Below, in pieces: positions 38,401 through 53,761 of a DNA stretch of 64,000 nt. Each line of letters starts with the position of its first letter. Position 1 is the stretch's first letter. The notes under the pieces are model-generated. The model was not told the origin of the DNA. It searched no databases and saw nothing but the letters and a program-made list of their open reading frames with translations. A program made the translations under genes and the position numbers. The DNA comes from Styela clava (taxonomy: Eukaryota): positions 10,726,001 to 10,790,000 of the forward strand of contig NC_135264.1 in the NCBI RefSeq assembly GCF_964204865.1. The letters are read 5' to 3'.

Positions 38401-41160
38401 ATAATTTTGTATACATTGCCCCCTGTGTAAATGCTAATAATAGGCTATCATTAATTCTAAAAGGGTTTATTTAATATTTAACCTCAAGTTTGCTTGACAT
38501 CTGTGTACATATCAGGCTGTAAATGGATAATAGAGAAACTGGTTGTAGAGGTATGATAGCTGATAACTTTACGGCCGATAAGTGGCGATTTACAATAGTG
38601 CTTTTAATTTGTGAACAAATTATATGTTATTGATTTTTTGGTACTCCCGTAGTATGTGTACCAGGTTAGGGTTAGGCCATTATTTTATTCCGATTTTCCC
38701 TATTTTTGTTCTATCACAAGTTTAGGAACTGTCTGTGTTATCCCCCTGCCCATAGGTTTCAGTACCTTTACACAACGTAAAATAAGCGAACAAAATTAGT
38801 TACCTCGATATTGGTACACATACTTCTGGAGCATCGATGATTTTCATATGCCACTTATTCCCACTTTCTTTATTGAACGTTAATTTTTCATTTAGTTTCC
38901 AAATTTCTTGTATATTTATAGATCATGTTATTGCAGACATTCAGGGCAAAAACTGATTTATGGTCAATTTATTTGGATTGTAATTAACTGTGTTGTATTG
39001 TATTTTCAGGCAATTGAGTGGTCAGTTACTTGATCTTTCTGTACAAGATTCAAAAGGTCTCAACAAAAGACGGAAAAGTAAGTGAAATTGTGCCTTTGTA
39101 CTAAATAATCACGTTATTGAGAAATTTTGCAACGCGTTAATTGAATGCTGAAACCAAAATACTCTATGTACACATTGTGCATTGTGGCATATCATTTTGA
39201 AAATCTGATTCAAAGGTTTTCCAAATGGTCTATTATGTTTATATTCTAATAGTATATCATCCTAGAATTCTTATTTTCTATTTTATTCTTCGAATAATTT
39301 ACATTTTAAATGAATTTATTTTGTGTTCAAAGTCATGATATTTTATAAATTATATTTTATAAAATTTCAGTCAATTTGTGATTCAACTTCAAAAAAGAAA
39401 AATTTTAATATCATTTTATAGTATTCTTAAAAAATATTTTTTTGAATTACAAAAAAATATTGATCAATGCTTAAAATAAAGGAAAATTTCTTTAAATTTC
39501 AGACACGTCAAGCTCATCTATTGGATCAGATGATTCTGGGTACAATGAACATGCATTGTAAGCAATCTTATTCAATCCTACTGTAAAAATTTGTCCAAAT
39601 ATATACTAAAATTTAATTTTTTTTTTGCAATTTCAGAGTTGTATCATCGAGTACCTCAACTTCGACCTATACCTCGCTATTAAAACATGGTGGTAAAATA
39701 ACCGCAGAAGCACTAGCTCATCCAGATGCCCCTTTTACAAGAAGAGAGTTTAGGGTACGTCATCAGGAGTTATATTTATTGCTATATGTAGCATCAGATT
39801 TTGTATACATCTCGATGAATTTGCCAGAAAGCCACATCAATATTTCGAAACTTTAGAAAAAGACTTCTGAACCAGTCCATTAAATCGTTTGGATTCTTTT
39901 TGTACTTTTGTTGCATCGATTGCATACTGATTAAATAACACAAATGCATAGAGAAAGAAACAAGCTACTCCAATCAACAATGAATACATTATAATAATTT
40001 ATACAATTTCTGTGCTAACTGAGAGTCATACACAATGTATTGAATAAGTTCCTCCACTGATTGTTTTTATCTCTTCAGATTTACCCTGACGCTGTAGGAT
40101 ACGGCTTTATAATCAGAGGGTCATCACCTTGTTATGTCAAAATTGTCGACCCTGAGTCCCCTGCAGGAAAATCAGGCCTTAAGGTATGTTTTTTTTACTT
40201 TTTTATTCAAAAAACTGAAATATTTATGTTTATCTCATATGTAACTATATAAATTGTCATATTGGTTAATAGTATGTCTCAGTGGGAATAGATTTGAATT
40301 TAGAAAATTCTAAATAATTGAATTCCAATGACCTAATATCTGCCATCAACTTTTCAATCAACATAATATGCATGATTAACCATCTGTTTATGCCCTATTA
40401 ATATACTCAATCATAGTTTTTTGTGTTTATGCATGTATCTAACATCTTTGTCTTTGGAATTTACAGGCGTGGCAATTTATCACTGAAATTAATAATCGTG
40501 ATGTGACGCGGAAAAATCACACAGAAATTGAAGATTTAATATTAAACGGGCCAAAGTGTTTATTAATGACAGTGATGGTGCCTAAAAATGAATCAGATTA
40601 CTTGACATTGCAGAAACAGAATACAGTAAGTGACTTTGCATTTTTAACTGCAGTGGTTCTATAAGCTATTTTATTCTTTATATGTTTTATCTGATGCTTT
40701 GAGACAATGTAGTAGAATATTCCAGACCATGGTTTGAAATTTCTATTTGAGATTAATATTGCCATTTGAAATATTCAATATTTTAGGCTTAGAAACAATT
40801 GCCTGATAAGAGTAGGTAGCATGTATGAATACTTGCAATTGTAACTTTACTTGTATTCAGGAAAATTTTAATTGTATAATTCTTTATTACAAATTTATGA
40901 AACAAGACCCCTTCGTTTAATTAATAATAAAATTTTGAATTTTTTAGGATTTGCGGAAGTTATCTCAACCAGCTGACACGCATATTCCAAAGCCTGTGCT
41001 TTCTCATTTAAGCAGCTCACTAGGTCTTCGTCGGCAAAGCGTCCCGGTCAGCACCCGTCCGACTAACTTGCCAAGTGCGCAGCCGTGGATGAAAAAACAG
41101 CGGAAAGGTTCAGACTTTGGTGTAATACTGAACAATTCTAATCTGAAATATATTCACTGA
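20454..41160 (+). CDS. DEPTOR: DEP domain-containing mTOR-interacting protein-like (DEP-DEP-PDZ), 12 coding exons, about 502 aa
   Basis: Phase-consistent GT-AG exons: 20454-20500, 20744-20883, 21108-21236, 21732-21846, 22080-22261, 36978-37155, 39010-39077, 39503-39557, 39637-39754, 40079-40183, 40467-40625, 40948-41160. Motifs: IKSRRQLFRSYPNTFVGSEVVEW (DEP1), GSDLIAW...LMFDHGIIKP/EFTDGRPFYLF (DEP2), DSGY linker, PDAVGYGFIIRGSSPCYVKIVDPESPAGKSGLK (PDZ). Confidence 0.88.
30147..30893 (-). CDS. Secreted acidic Ser-Gly repeat protein (proteoglycan core-like), nested antisense in DEPTOR intron 5
   Basis: 248 aa ATG ORF; signal-peptide-like MKITSLLTICVVLFLAL...AQA; about 15 ESGSG motifs in 9-aa ESGSGP(T/P)DQ units; indels between units keep the frame. 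Confidence 0.8.
   Translation of the reverse strand: MKITSLLTICVVLFLALDNLQRCHLAQAQEASGSGEVDESDGGLPDQESESDPEDQESGSGPTDQESGSGPPDQESGSTDEESGSGPPDQESGSGSTDQESGSGPPDQESGSGPTDQESGSGPPDQESGSGPTDQESGSGPPDQESYSGSRVKKTRSGLPDQESGSGPTDQEYGSGPTDQESGSGPTDQESGSGPPDQESGSGDQEEASIPPDQESGSGPEDQESGPPDQENGSISEESGSGSGDDEN
30210..30760. repeat. 27-bp coding minisatellite with a 54-bp higher-order period
   Basis: Units such as TCTTGGTCTGTGGGGCCACTTCCACTT alternate with TCTTGGTCCGGCGGACCACTCCCTGAT. Confidence 0.9.
38640..38835. mobile_element. About 196-bp MITE in a DEPTOR intron
   Basis: Imperfect 24-bp TIRs GGTACTCCCGTAGTATGTGTACCA and TGGTACACATACTTCTGGAGCATC; internal GGTTAGGGTTAGG. Confidence 0.65.
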
Positions 41161-44100
41161 AACACTGTTTTTGGTCGATTGACATTTGACTGTTCGGATT
41201 TGTCTTGAAGATAGTATCAATTTTATTTGTCCGATACCAAATGTTGACCATATTTTTAGTTTAATGTCTTTCAACCAGAATATCTGCTTTTCGAAATCGC
41301 TTTCAACACTGCTTTTCAAAATCGCTGTATTCATATGAGCTGCCAATTAGCAATTAGCTCTAATTCTGCACGTATAACCCCTCTCCCCTGTAAATAAATC
41401 CCTATTTTCAACATTTTTCGATTTCATTTTCTTTCGAGTGAGATTTTTACTTTCCAAAGTTTTTTTGGTGAAAATATGGTGATTTTTTGTCACATTTTAT
41501 TTCCATGTTTTTGTGCTTCAATTTCATTCAAGGTTAAAATTGCAACTTCCATCTGATTTCTTTTTATCGGCTCTAGACGCCGTTTTTTTTTCATTATTTT
41601 AGGCACAACTTTAAATTCCAACTAAAATGGCTTTTTGATTACATATTTTAACAACTTTTTTGATTGACACTTGAATTTTCTCAATGCAAAATATTAGTCA
41701 TTAAAATGTTTTCACTATTTCTTGGTCACTAATCGTCTGTAGTCCAGACATATCTAATTACCGAGAATTCAATTATTTTAATAGTGAATTATAAAAACAG
41801 AGAATTTAAATTTATAAACTCTCAAAACGACTGAAAAGTTTCTAAATAACTAGAAAATACTAAAACATGCATCAGTTCAATGTTTTTTACCAACTATTAA
41901 TTAAGTTTCTTTTTTATACCTAACAGCATCAGAGCTAGGATAAATACCGTAATTGATTGTCCCTATATTAGGGATCTTACTATTTGTTAACATTTTTCAC
42001 GGTGTACAGTAATTTTGAGTAAAATAATGAAGAAACATCTAAAATTATATTCTTCCAGTTGTACCCAAAAGTTAAATTTTTGAAACAAATTTCAAAATTG
42101 TTAATATGGTATGAAATACTGGAGTGAACTACAATTTCAGTGGTGCTTGGTAATTCAAATTGTCTAAAATATAGTTACGAATCTTGACATTTGCCATAAA
42201 AGAGCTAAAATTATCAATGAGATGAACTAAACTTAATATTTGTCATACACTCATATCCCCAACCAAAGTTATCTAATTAAAAGACTGGAACGTGATCAGG
42301 GTTCAAAACGTTTCTTATATTCTCAGCATTCATCACACCTACTTTTCAATCCTTATTTACCTCCTCTGTGAACTTTCATCTAGTATCAAACACTCAAACA
42401 ATGTTATTTATTTTAAAGTTTTCTCAAATTTTAAATTGAAATAAGTACCAATATATACTACACTTGAGGAAAAGTCTTTAAACTACTCGAGTCGAGTCAA
42501 TATCTGAGTTAACCTTCATGACAGTTAGCCGATGATAAGTCTGTGTCTCTTCATTTTGATGACTAGGGTCACTCGGAGTTTTTAATAAATGTGACTTGAG
42601 TCAATGACTCGAGAAGCCTCCCCAACACTACGCTGATGTCGATATGAACAATATTCAGTAACACACATCACACATGCCATTAGCATTTGACACTTTAGCT
42701 TTTTTGCATGCTCATTCTTGTGGGTATCAAATCTCCATATTGAATGTTCACACTATTCAATGTTTAGTTACATCGTACACATTGTACCTGTACGATGTAT
42801 CTGTACCTATTGCATATGTGTCTCACATCTTTATTGTAGCTATTAATTCCTAATATAAATAAATAATTTGCATTATAGTACATAACCACCGCAGTGCTTG
42901 CACTCCCACCATCCTATCCTATTGCATTTTATTTTCCGACAAGCCTTTTTTTGTTATCACAGATATAATATTATCATGCATGCTTAATTTTTATTCTGCC
43001 TATTTTGATTTTAATCAAGCACAATCATGCTGATATGCCCTTCCGTCCAATATAGTAACGATACTATGTCTACCGTGTAGATTTTTAATTTTGTCAAATT
43101 TGTTGAGTTACCCTGGTTTGAAAGAGACCATCATGATTAGACCATCTTAACCCCTTATGAATTCATTTCCTATAAATAGTATATATCATACATTTGTCAA
43201 AATAATAGTATGGCCATTGGTTGATTTCAAACCAGGGTATCCAATCTATTTTCCTGTTATCCCAATAGATGCCTCGTTATAATCCGAACTAGTTCCATTC
43301 CTGATTTCCTTAGTTATTTTGTGTATTTTTTTTCAATTGATTTATGTTTTTCTTTGTTCTTGGTTGATTCAATGGAAATGTAAAGAGGTGATGGAGAGAT
43401 GTTGCAATTTCTTGATATTGGTTGTAGATGAAAATTGAGGTGCTTGATTCAAACAATTCAGAATTATTTATTATGTTAGGTGTTCGTGAGCTGCAGTTGT
43501 AGGGTGTGAAATCAAGCTTTCCAGTGTGGACTTATTCTGCTAAGACAGTGGTTACTAGTGCCTATCCTTAAAAAACATTACCTTATCTGCAACTGTGTGT
43601 TAAAATTAACATAGGGAAAAGTATGACTTGTTATATTGGACTGCGTTCTGAGGGTTCATGTTCACCCGTATGATATACTGATTAAATTAGTGTCATATAT
43701 GTCGGGAGTTCTCAAACTGGGGTACATTTCTACTTTAAGGGTTACATTAGAGTTTAATAATTGAGACCGAACACATTTTCATCTCGGTAGAAGCTTCAAC
43801 TCAGAGTATATTTGCAGTCGCATGACTTTTTTTGTCCAACCACAGCGGCCAAGGCAATTTTGGGGGATAAGCTATGATCTATAAACTGTCCAAAAGAAAG
43901 CTACCAACATTGAAATTGGGAAACCTTTTCTCTTTTCGTTAATAGCCTATTTCTCTCTTAAGATCTGTTTGGCTGAATAACTGCAGTTCCTTGTGGACTC
44001 AAATATGCAGATTCAGACCAAAACTGCAGACGAGTCTAATTATCCAAAACAAAGTTCTTGTTCATTGTTTAAAATGGACATTACAATCCCAAGTCTCAAT

Positions 44101-44522
44101 CCATACATACAGTATATTTCTCCAACCATCGACTTGTCCAGTCCTACATCAGTGCTCTGCTCTATCTGCTAATAAGAGGTTCCTAATGTTTGGTAGCAAT
44201 TTGATAGTAGTAGTATTTTATTTCGTCAACAATGTCAAAATCAAAATACAACATTTCAAAATTAATTTCCAAGGCATTGTGACGAGGCTGTGACGAAGCG
44301 ACCGTTAGGTCATCGAGTCAGTCACAGCCTTTAAAAAAATATAAAATTACCATTTTTTAAACGAAATTGAGCTGAAGTAGCATACACCGAAAATAAATTA
44401 ACAAAACTAACAGAGAGGTATTTAAAGCTTTGAGGCAGATCGTAAAATTCTCCCTATTTGAATCTTTGTTCATCCTGCCAAGCACAGGTTCTATTTGACC
44501 TCCCCACTTTTATATGCCGTAG

Positions 44523-47391
44523 GGCCTCAATATCGGTTGCACAGACTGTCTACACTAGCCATATTCTCCCGACATGGTTCATTTTTCGCTCGCAAAGCCT
44601 TCGCCGAACGTCGACGGGGCGACGCCGATTTTGCCCCGGTTGCTCATTGTATATCGTATTCTCTCTTTTATCTTCCACTCGCCGCGTTTGTCTCGTTTGT
44701 TTTCTGTTTCTTTTACTAAATCATCGGGGCCGATCGGGGCTAGCCCCGAAATTATGACGACACAATGCCGACGTTTCTTACAACAACGTGTTGACATATT
44801 CACGCATTCCTTCTTGTTCGTTGGTTGCTTGAAGAGTTGATAGTTTCCTCGCCTTGGTTTTTGTCGCTTGTTTCGCTATTTGAATCAGTTAGAGACCTTT
44901 AGTCCATTTGCTTTCGATTTTCCACATTCCTTTTGAGCTCCTCACTTCTTTCCGGCTTCGCATTTCTTAGCCTTAGACCTCATAATGAATAAGGTTGATG
45001 CACTACTTCGCACTCCGTTTTCGCAGCTGCCGCTGGAACAAAAATTAGAGGTACAACGTCTTGGGCCTTATCAACCGAAAAATTGTTCACTGGAACAATC
45101 CCATGACGGAGGAAAGCGTCGGCGTACATTCTGCGCAGAAACTTGGTATAACAAACACGAATGGTTGTGTTACAGCGAGGACAAAAATGCACAGGGATCA
45201 TCAATCTTCTATGGAGCATCTGGACAATGCAGTAAAATACCGAACATTCGGAAATGTTAATATTGCAGCACAGTTGGATGAAGGACGCGCGGTTTCTATT
45301 CGTCGGCACAACCAAAACGTCGAGAAAAACCGCCATGTTCTCGGTCGATTGATAGATGTTTTGAAGTTCATTGGTTGTCACGAGCTGTCCCTCCGTGGGC
45401 ACGATGAACGGGCTGGCTCTTCTAATAGAGGAGTATTTTTGGATATGGTGGAATACACCGCATCCCTAGATACAGTATTGAGAGATCATCTTGATGCCGC
45501 AACTGTTTCGAAAGGGACATCTAAGGATATCCAAAATGATTTGCTCGACTCAATGTATAAAATTTATTTACAACATTTGGCTCTGGAAATTGAGAATTGC
45601 CAGTTCCTTTCGATTCAGTCTGACGAGACAACTGACATCACGTGCGTTTCCCAACTGGCTGTGATTTTTCGGTTTGTGAAAGATGGTAAACCTACCGAAA
45701 GATTTCACAGCTTTGTACCAATCGTTGATCGCACGGCTTGCGGGATATCGGCTGTACTGAAAGAAGTGTTACAGCCTTACAACGCGAAGTCAAAATTGAT
45801 AGCTCAAACTTATGACGGCGCGGCAGTCATGAGTGGGTCGAAACATGGTGTTCAAGTTTATATAAAAGAAGATTTTCCTCATGCGCATTTTTTACATTGT
45901 TATGCACACCAATTTAACCTCGTTATTAAAAATATGTGTCTTGATACCCCTCTCGTCCGTATATTTTTTGCAAATGTTTCGGGGTTTTCTTCATTTTTTT
46001 CCGTTTCGCCGAAGCGCTCTGACCTCCTTCGCCAGATATGTAGCCGCCGTCTCCCAGCTTGTGCACCAACACGTTGGAACTTCCAATCACGCGTGGTGCA
46101 GGGCGTGTCCGAAATTAGGTCTGAGCTCATTGAGTGTTTCAATGGCATTCAGAGCTCTCCGGTTTGGGACGAACGCTCTTTGAGGGAGGCGGCAGGTCTA
46201 AAGCGTCTGCTAGAAGATGGTGAGTTTTCATTTTTTCTCGCTTTTTTCTCCACAATATTCTATCACGTGGATGTATTATACGGCGCATTGCAGTCAAGGC
46301 TAATGGATGGAGCGTCTGTGCAGTCGTGTATTTCAGACTTCTGCGATGCTGTATCTCGTATCCGGGAAACAATAAAATACGACGACACATGGAGTGCTTC
46401 TTTACGCCGCGGGCAAACAACGCAGCGTTTGATTTTGTCTGCAAAGGAATGCTGTGACATTCTGGTGAATCAAATAGGCGATCGTCTGCACACTGAACAC
46501 CTTGCCGCGTTCTCTTTGATGAACCCCAAAAATTTTTCAAAATTTGCACGTCAATTTCCCATCCATTCGTTGGCTACTGTCTCCAAATTTTACCCCATGA
46601 TAAACGTGGGTAAATTGGAAAATGAATTGCGATGTATATACACCAATCAAACTTTTTCGAACATCACATCAACTTGCGCGCTCTATGGGTTCCTCATAGA
46701 TAACACTCTAGTAACTACCTTTGCGGCGTCTGCAAAATTTCTGGACATCATTTTGACGTCGCCTATTTCTTCCGCCGACGCAGAGCGAACATTCAGCACG
46801 CTGAAGCGTATTAAAACGTATCTCAGAAACACAATGAAGCAAGATAGATTAAATTCCTTGGCTGTTTTATCCATTCACAGAGACGTTATTTCTGGGATGC
46901 ATGACTTTAATCAGCGCGTTATTGAGCATTTTGCTTCCAAGAAACCGCGGCGTGTTGCATATATGTTCAAGCAGTAGAAGTCTAGCAGCATATATATCTA
47001 TGAGTGAGCGACGCATGTCCTTATCTTTGCATTAACTTTCCTTTCTTCATAGTAACGTTTTAAACCTTATTTTAGGTTTTGTCTGCTTTCCCGAAGTTTC
47101 TATTAATATGTCATTATATTTATCTGGGTAAATATTGCCTTTCCTTTTGAAAGAGGTTTCAAAATAAACTATGTCTATATTTATTAATCCCTTGACTTGG
47201 ACCGGTTTTAAAGACACTTTCTTATCGTTAAAAATTGTCGCTTTTGCCGATTGGTTGTTACCGATGGAATGGTTTTTATACTCATAAAATGATGGGAGAA
47301 CTTACAGCGCTCATCCTGTCCCCGTAGATGGGGGTGACTTGGTCCCGCAGTTGCTTGCCCCGGTTGTCAAAATGACCACGCGCCGCCACTG
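44523..47391 (+). mobile_element. hAT DNA transposon (ZMYM1-like/DUF4371 transposase type), defective
   Basis: Encodes a transposase; right end CGCGCCGCCACTG followed by CCGTAGTC; CCGTAG also at 44517-44522 but no left TIR is visible; richer in GC than the flanks. The left boundary is approximate. Confidence 0.8.
44985..46977 (+). pseudogene. hAT transposase with a frameshift in the N-terminal TTF-type zinc finger
   Basis: N-terminus MNKVDALL...WYNKHEWLCYSEDKNA is in one frame; the remainder is in another (LRGHDE, TSKDIQND, DETTD, YDGA, HCYAH, PTRW, AERTFSTLKRIKTYLRNTMKQDRLNSLA dimerization motif); junction near 45190. Confidence 0.85.
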
Positions 47392-47725
47392 CCGTAGTCT
47401 ATGTACCTACATTAGCTCTTCGAGTGGGGTGGTAAATTTTGTATTCTGAAGCTTAGAGATGTAGACTATACATATGGAGTGTAAAATTATGAACTAGTTA
47501 TTTCTATTCTTTAACTACAAAACCTTTTAGAATTCAGAAACATCCTTCCAAATTTGCAACACTTATATGAACAATATTACTAGCTTTTATTCACATATCC
47601 GAATCATATTGCGGCATGCTTGTGCGACATGTATTGCCTGAATCTTGGCATATGAAAGCAGCCTTCAGATTGGAACTCGAAAAAAGTATCAAAATATTAA
47701 TTATCTATTCAGTCAATGTTCAGAA

Positions 47726-50643
<2,918 letters not shown>

Positions 50644-51834
50644 TCAATCTATTAAATGCCCAGTTCTGTCTTAAAATTATTTCATATAATTCAAAATATT
50701 TCCCGCAACGTCGCAAATTGCTTTTAAATCAGAATTGAAAGAAAAAATAATTAAAAAACGCCGAAGAATAACACTATAATGATATACTACAGGTACCCTA
50801 TGCTCTGGAAGCAGCAACAAACGCTTCGGATTATTAGATGACTCCGCAAATTAATAACCAGTCAACCAACACATTACTAAGCAAAATCGTTGGGTGCGCT
50901 GTTGTGGTATGTGCTTTTTTTTCAGTTCGTGCTTTTACACCTCGATTGATGATAGTACGATTCTATTTTTGTATCTACCGATATCTTCAGGGAGAGAAAA
51001 AGCGATTAAAATGACTTATTCTACCGTTGGCCTTGTTAAAAGTCCATGTCGAGTATGCGAATAGCATAGGTAATAGACTCCGAGTGAATTTTTTCGGGAG
51101 ATACCAAAAGGTTTCCAATTCAAATTGCCACCTAATTATGCAGTTTCGTTCGCCGGGCCAGATTTGTTTTGAAACAGTACTTTTAATTCTGAAGGCCTTC
51201 GGCAAAGTGATTGAATCGTAAATAAATACGAATACTATATGGTAATATTGGTTGAACAGTTAAATTTAGCACTTGTTTGGCGGAGACTTCTGCCATCATG
51301 TCGATTAGTTTCATTGAGCTTTTTTAATGTGATATATATTATTTTGTGGTGGTATATGATTGATGTAAACTATCTCTATGACATAATTTCAGCAGCAATG
51401 TATACTTGCTGCAATTGAGTCTTATTTGTGCAAGTAGTCTAATTGATCGGGAGTTCGCGGTGAAACCATTGCGGCATAGGAAATCGGTTGTCGATAAGGA
51501 AGGAAAGAATGGAAAAAATAATCCTGTTCCTTCATATAATTGAGATCTTGTGTTGCTGTCTGGCCTCTTGTTTTATTTTCAGCGTGGTTTTGGATTTACG
51601 ATTGTCATTTTTTTGGAATCAAAATACTCATGCTGATTAATCCAGTAGTCGGATAGGGTGTAATATTAAATTGAATATATTTTGATCATTAATCAGAATC
51701 CTAAACTATCGCTCAGTGTAAAATTATATGGCGCCCATTTCAAACTTAGGCTTTGACGTTCCTAGATATATAATCATTTAATCGAGATAGCTGCTTGTAT
51801 ATATTCTCGTAGGAAGCTTCATGATGTCTTAGCA

Positions 51835-51968
51835 CAGCGTTTCCTAACCTTTTTTGGTCGCGGGCTATTTCTCACTAGCGAAAATCTTAGCGGACTCAAG
51901 GTGCGTTTATTGTAACCGAAATATGTGTGAAGAAGCAATAAAACCAAACACTACAAAATTTTATCGAA
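51835..51968 (-). mobile_element. Right-end fragment of MITE family 1
   Basis: CAGCGTTTCCTAACCTTTTTTGGTCGCGGGCTATTTCTCAC... is the reverse complement of about 17945-18086. Confidence 0.8.
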
Positions 51969-52103
51969 GTCAGGTTATCCCGGACGTGTCCCACGAATCT
52001 GGGCTACTATTGCCGTGTCCAAGTCACGTGTTTCCAGGTATTTTAATAGTTTCATCAATTCGACCACGACACTAAAAGGCTTAGTGACCTTCACGAACTA
52101 AAC

Positions 52104-53176
52104 CAGGGCTTCCCAAACTTTTGAGCTCGCGGCCCTTTCAATATTGTAAAATTTTTCGCGGCCTCTGTTCACGTTAACCCTTTCCATGCGATTTTTATTT
52201 TTTATTAAATAATCGTATTTGCTACCCCGATTTTATGCATTTGTACCCCCACAACTAATCGATCGACTAACGAAAAAGTAATGATCCTCTGCTGCCCACT
52301 GACGGCTCGTTGGAAAGCTTATTTAAAGAGCTTGCAACTGGCGATTAAAAAAAAAATTTTTTTTTAAAGGGGTGGTCTGAGTCACAAACCGGATAGAAAA
52401 AGGGCATTTTTTCTTCTTGGGTGTTGAAACTTCAAACCGTGATAAAAAATAGAAATATTTGCTAAATCCTTTACTGTTACCGCTTCTTGGTTGGCAAACA
52501 ATAGCATAATATTGCTGTAGCAATTTCGTTATCTAACTCAAAATACTTTGGTAGATGGAAGGGATAATATGTCTTCTATTACCACCCAAAAAACACCGAA
52601 ATTTGCATAAATTTCAAAAACACTCCCTCGTTCCGCCGCAAATAAAATTCCCATGGTAAACGAAAGCGAGATTTACCGTCGCTTATGTTAATCTCGAAGA
52701 AGACTTCTTATCAATAAACTAAAACCCGGAAAAACTAGACCAACAGTTTGCGACCGATTGCTAAATAAAACAGTGGAGTACATCAACGTACCCGCCGCAA
52801 TCTAGCGAGTTTTGTCGTGGGTACGTATACGTGCCCACCGCACGGAAAGGGTTAATAATGCTAAACAGTTCGAAATATACATTTTAGATATTTTTATGAT
52901 ACGGTAAATTTTCATCTTTTAGTGGGCCTATTCGGTAACAAAAACAAACACGAATTTGTTCAGATGAACTTCACTCATCAATCAGTGTGATGGATGCGAA
53001 TGATTTTTGCCGCACAGCAAGTCCAGTCGTAGCTCGCTGTTTGTTAATGCAGGCCTCAATTATAATGAACAACGGTATAGGATGATGTATTCACTGGGAA
53101 TCGTGAATTTTTTGTTCAAAATAAAAGTCGCTTCGCGGCCCTTTGCGGGGCCGCGGCCCCTAGTTTGTGAAGACTG
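52104..53176. mobile_element. hAT-type MITE interrupted by a piggyBac-like MITE
   Basis: Ends CAGGGCTTCCCAAACT and AGTTTGTGAAGACTG; perfect 8-bp TSD AACTAAAC; subterminal CGCGGCC repeats. Confidence 0.82.
52178..52851. mobile_element. piggyBac-like non-autonomous element
   Basis: TTAA|CCCTTTCCATGCG ... CGCACGGAAAGGG|TTAA (12/13 TIR match, TTAA TSD). Confidence 0.85.
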
Positions 53177-53761
53177 AACTAAACCACTGCATAACGTTTC
53201 TAAAACGATATTGCTCATTGAGGATTCACGGAATTTTTTGAGATCAGAGAACCGGTTAGCATTACTAGTTATTGTCAATGACTTTTGTAACAGAACCGGC
53301 TGAAAAAATATGACTTTTGTGATGAAACCGGCTGACCAAAAATTTGAATCCCACTACTGGCTATACCATAAGTAAATGAACAAATGTGATTCCGAGGGAT
53401 GAAACATTTGTTTATTTAGCAATATTTGAGTTTACTTGAGCGTAGCTGCAAACACTGTGCGTCCATAAGTAGTTATAGTTTGCCTTGAAAGACTCTGTGC
53501 CTTATCCAAATATAATATAGCCTACCTCTAAAACCGCATGGGTTTATAGAATTTCGCCAGTCGCTAGATCAGATTGGTGTCGAATATAGAAGTGGTATTG
53601 TTATTCATGCCAGCTATGGTAGATATAACTTTACGTACATTTGCCTTACAACCTTAAGCATACGAATTTGCACTTAGTAGTGCCATTAGCGTGATCACCA
53701 GCACGCTAGTAATGTTGGCCTATCGTATGCATATAACTGTTCAACTTTTGTACAGAATAAT

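Noticed and set aside
38663-38676. Telomere-like GGTTAGGGTTAGG
   Set aside because: Only two units, inside a MITE; not an interstitial telomere
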